Source of the DNA: a bacterium
GTDB lineage: Bacteria > Zhuqueibacterota > Zhuqueibacteria > Residuimicrobiales > Krinioviventaceae
Assembly (NCBI GenBank): GCA_963675755.2
Contig: CAXXMD010000003.1
Coordinates: 3,488,001 to 3,552,000, forward strand
Direction of reading: 5' to 3'
DNA: 64,000 nucleotides
The position numbers and the translations under genes are program-made. The notes beneath the pieces are model-generated. The model had not been told where the DNA came from. It saw only the letters and a program-made list of their open reading frames with translations, and searched no databases. This document shows positions 61,668-64,000 of this stretch, piece after piece. The stretch's first letter is position 1, and every line of letters begins with the position of its first letter.

Positions 61668-62070
61668 TAGGCATAAAACCTCCGAAATTTTAAGTTAAAA
61701 TATAAATTAATTATAAACTGAGACGCCATCAAATGCTGATAGCGTCTCAGTCAAATTTTCCTGTTGTCTTTTTTCGGGGGTTTTTACTTTGAATAGTTTA
61801 TTATAAACTATTTATTTGGGGTTGTCAAGTTTTCCTGTTGGCAGTCTTTAATTTATTATATACTATTTTGAAGGCATAGTCAATAAATAAATTAAAAAAA
61901 ACACATTTTTTTTGGGTTGTTTTACCGACATTGCCTAAGAGTCCGTATAATTAATATAACGCATTAACTCTGAATAAGTTCTGGCATAAACATATATTTA
62001 TTAGGCATTTGAATTTTAATTGCTAGAAACTATCAGTGACCTTCATTTTTTTATGAATTCAAGGATGATA

Positions 62071-62100
62071 AATTTGTCACGTGACATATATGTGACAAAA
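62071..62100. promoter_or_regulatory. Putative integrase arm-type sites
   Basis: AATTTGTCAC (reverse complement of GTGACAAATT at 12702), GTGACATA, TGTGACAAAA. Confidence 0.55.
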
Positions 62101-62192
62101 GAGAGGGAAAAGCTGTTAAAACCAGTTAAATAGAGTGAAAAGGGTGAAGGAGGCTAATAAAAGGTTTTTTGCCTAAAGTCTTGTTTTTTAAT

Positions 62193-62227
62193 AAAAAAAG
62201 CCCCTAACTCTTGTAGAATTAGAGGCA
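62193..62227 (-). terminator. Terminator of tRNA-Arg (island-borne copy)
   Basis: Minus strand TGCCTCTAATTCT-n-AGAGTTAGGGGC + T tract; homologous to the hairpin in the 117-bp units. Confidence 0.75.
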
Positions 62228-62234
62228 GTGTTCG

Positions 62235-62308
<74 letters not shown>

Positions 62309-62507
62309 AAGTAACAGCACTTATTATACATAATTTTTATTTTTATTTCAACTGTTTTTTTTATGATGATTGAAATTTCTTGGGAATTGTTTACCATTCA
62401 AACAATATTTCGTGAAAATAAATACTGGATTGATCAAAAAGAAATTCATTGAAAAACTGATTTATATTCTTTATATAGTTATAAATACTTTTAGAAGGAG
62501 ATGATAA

Positions 62508-63401
62508 ATGAAAAATTACATGGTTACGATGAATCTGTTGTTAGCTGTATTGTTTGCAGTATCTGCTTTTAGTGCCGAGCCTGTTACAATTCCCTTGTAT
62601 AAAGACGGAATCAAAGACAATCCGTTTAAACCTGCAAATAAGGAAAAAACAGTAAATCGAAAAGCTGACCAGAATGAAAAAGGATTAAACCGGGCTATTT
62701 ATAACGTAACTGAACCTGTGTTGGATATTTATCTGGCCCCGGATACGGGAGCGAAAAATCCTGCTGTTGTTGTATTTCCTGGTGGTGGTTTTACACATGT
62801 TACTATAGATAAAGAAGGTTATGATGTTGCAGAATGGCTGAATAGTATTGGTGTATCTGCAATTGTTGTTACCTATCGTACAGTTCCTGAAGAATTAGAA
62901 CGTGGTTCAAAACTCTCAAACAAGCTTCGCAAAGTGATTCTTGAAGATGCAGTACAAGCGGTTAGTGTAACCCGTTCAAAATCTTTGGAATGGAATTTGG
63001 ATTCTGAAAAAATTGGTGTAATGGGATTCTCTGCCGGTGGGAACCTGAGTGGATCAATTATAACCCAAATGTATGTGCCGGATGGTGTAGATTTTAAAAC
63101 CGAGATTCGTCCGGATTTTGCCTGCCTGGTTTATCCTGGAATTGGTGAGGCCCATAACGCCAAGGTAGATTCTACATTACCGCCGGTATTTATTACTGTA
63201 GCAATGGATGATCATACCACACCGGCACCCAGAGCTATTTCATTTTTTGAAAAATTGTTAGAGAATTCGGTACTCACCGAGCTGCATATTTTTCAAAGTG
63301 GATCGCATGGATTTGGTTTGGCCAAAAACAAGAGTGTTGCGAAAAACTGGCCCTTTTTATTTGAAAATTGGTTAAAGGAAAACGGAATATTGAGTAAATA
63401 G
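62508..63401 (+). CDS. Secreted alpha/beta hydrolase (esterase)
   Basis: Signal peptide; PGGGF, GFSAGG, HGFG. Confidence 0.88.
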   Translation: MKNYMVTMNLLLAVLFAVSAFSAEPVTIPLYKDGIKDNPFKPANKEKTVNRKADQNEKGLNRAIYNVTEPVLDIYLAPDTGAKNPAVVVFPGGGFTHVTIDKEGYDVAEWLNSIGVSAIVVTYRTVPEELERGSKLSNKLRKVILEDAVQAVSVTRSKSLEWNLDSEKIGVMGFSAGGNLSGSIITQMYVPDGVDFKTEIRPDFACLVYPGIGEAHNAKVDSTLPPVFITVAMDDHTTPAPRAISFFEKLLENSVLTELHIFQSGSHGFGLAKNKSVAKNWPFLFENWLKENGILSK

Positions 63402-63404
63402 AAA

Positions 63405-64000
63405 ATGACTGAATTGATTAAAAACGTTAATGAGCTGGAAAAGATATTATCTGCCCCATCTGATGACTTGATTGAATATATGTCCGGGTTGGAAGGGGAT
63501 ATTGCAATCCTTGGCGCTGCCGGCAAGATGGGACCCTCGCTTGCTAAACTGGCAAAAAATGCATTAAAAGCAAGCGGCAAATCGAATCGGGTAATTGCAG
63601 TTTCCCGGTTTTCATCCGAACAAGCTTTGATGGACCTGAATGGTGCGGATATTGAGACCCTACGCGGTGATCTATTAAATAAAGATTTTCTTGCAGGGCT
63701 GCCTGATGCATATAATATGATTTATATGGCGGGATTAAAATTTGGCTCTACCGGAAATCCGGGTTTGACCTGGGCAATGAACACACATTTACCTTCATTG
63801 GTGAGTGAAAAATTTAGTGACTCTCGAATTGTTGCCTTGTCTACCGGTAATGTATATGCATTTAGTGCTGTGAGTGATGGGGGATGCACGGAAAAAGATC
63901 CCACCAACCCAGTGGGTGAATATGCTCAATCGTGTCTTGGCCGAGAACGAATGTTTGAGTATTTCAGTAAGCTCAATTCTACACCTGTTTGTCTGATACG
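63405..64000 (+). CDS. NAD-dependent epimerase/dehydratase, 3'-truncated by window edge
   Basis: ILGAAGKMGPSLA, VSRF, MAGLKFG, STGNVY, GEYAQSCLGRER. Confidence 0.85.
   Translation, partial: MTELIKNVNELEKILSAPSDDLIEYMSGLEGDIAILGAAGKMGPSLAKLAKNALKASGKSNRVIAVSRFSSEQALMDLNGADIETLRGDLLNKDFLAGLPDAYNMIYMAGLKFGSTGNPGLTWAMNTHLPSLVSEKFSDSRIVALSTGNVYAFSAVSDGGCTEKDPTNPVGEYAQSCLGRERMFEYFSKLNSTPVCLI

Overview
AT-rich bacterial window. Secreted proteins with a YPNPFNP C-terminal sorting domain suggest an FCB-group lineage such as KSB1, Calditrichota or Ignavibacteria (inference). Positions 1-11.9 kb and 62.5-64 kb are host genes: SPFH, SlyD, a B12 radical SAM, glycoside hydrolases, an esterase and an epimerase. 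Between them is a ~49.7 kb genomic island (12571-62277) integrated in the 3' half of tRNA-Arg(TCT) and bounded by an exact 44-bp direct repeat. Just outside its left end is a 117-bp-period array of tRNA-3'-half plus terminator units. The island backbone is satellite-like: tyrosine integrase and excisionase at one end, primase-SF3 helicase with iteron-like repeats at the other, and no recognisable capsid or conjugation genes. Cargo includes a sigma54-type AAA+ module, a decayed IS30, a resolvase, a small-ORF/beta-clamp module, a ~16 kb defence cluster (type I RM, NucS-like, GmrSD, UDG, OLD, GIY-YIG, pentapeptide-TM) and a large secreted lyase-like protein. The best candidate for an undescribed system is a five-gene, transporter-less operon (22176-27717). 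It encodes a sucrose-phosphorylase-like GH13 with Gln at the acid/base Glu position, two atypical ROK proteins, a ChbG deacetylase and a pentapeptide-repeat membrane protein. All calls come from motif reading by eye; no database searches were run.
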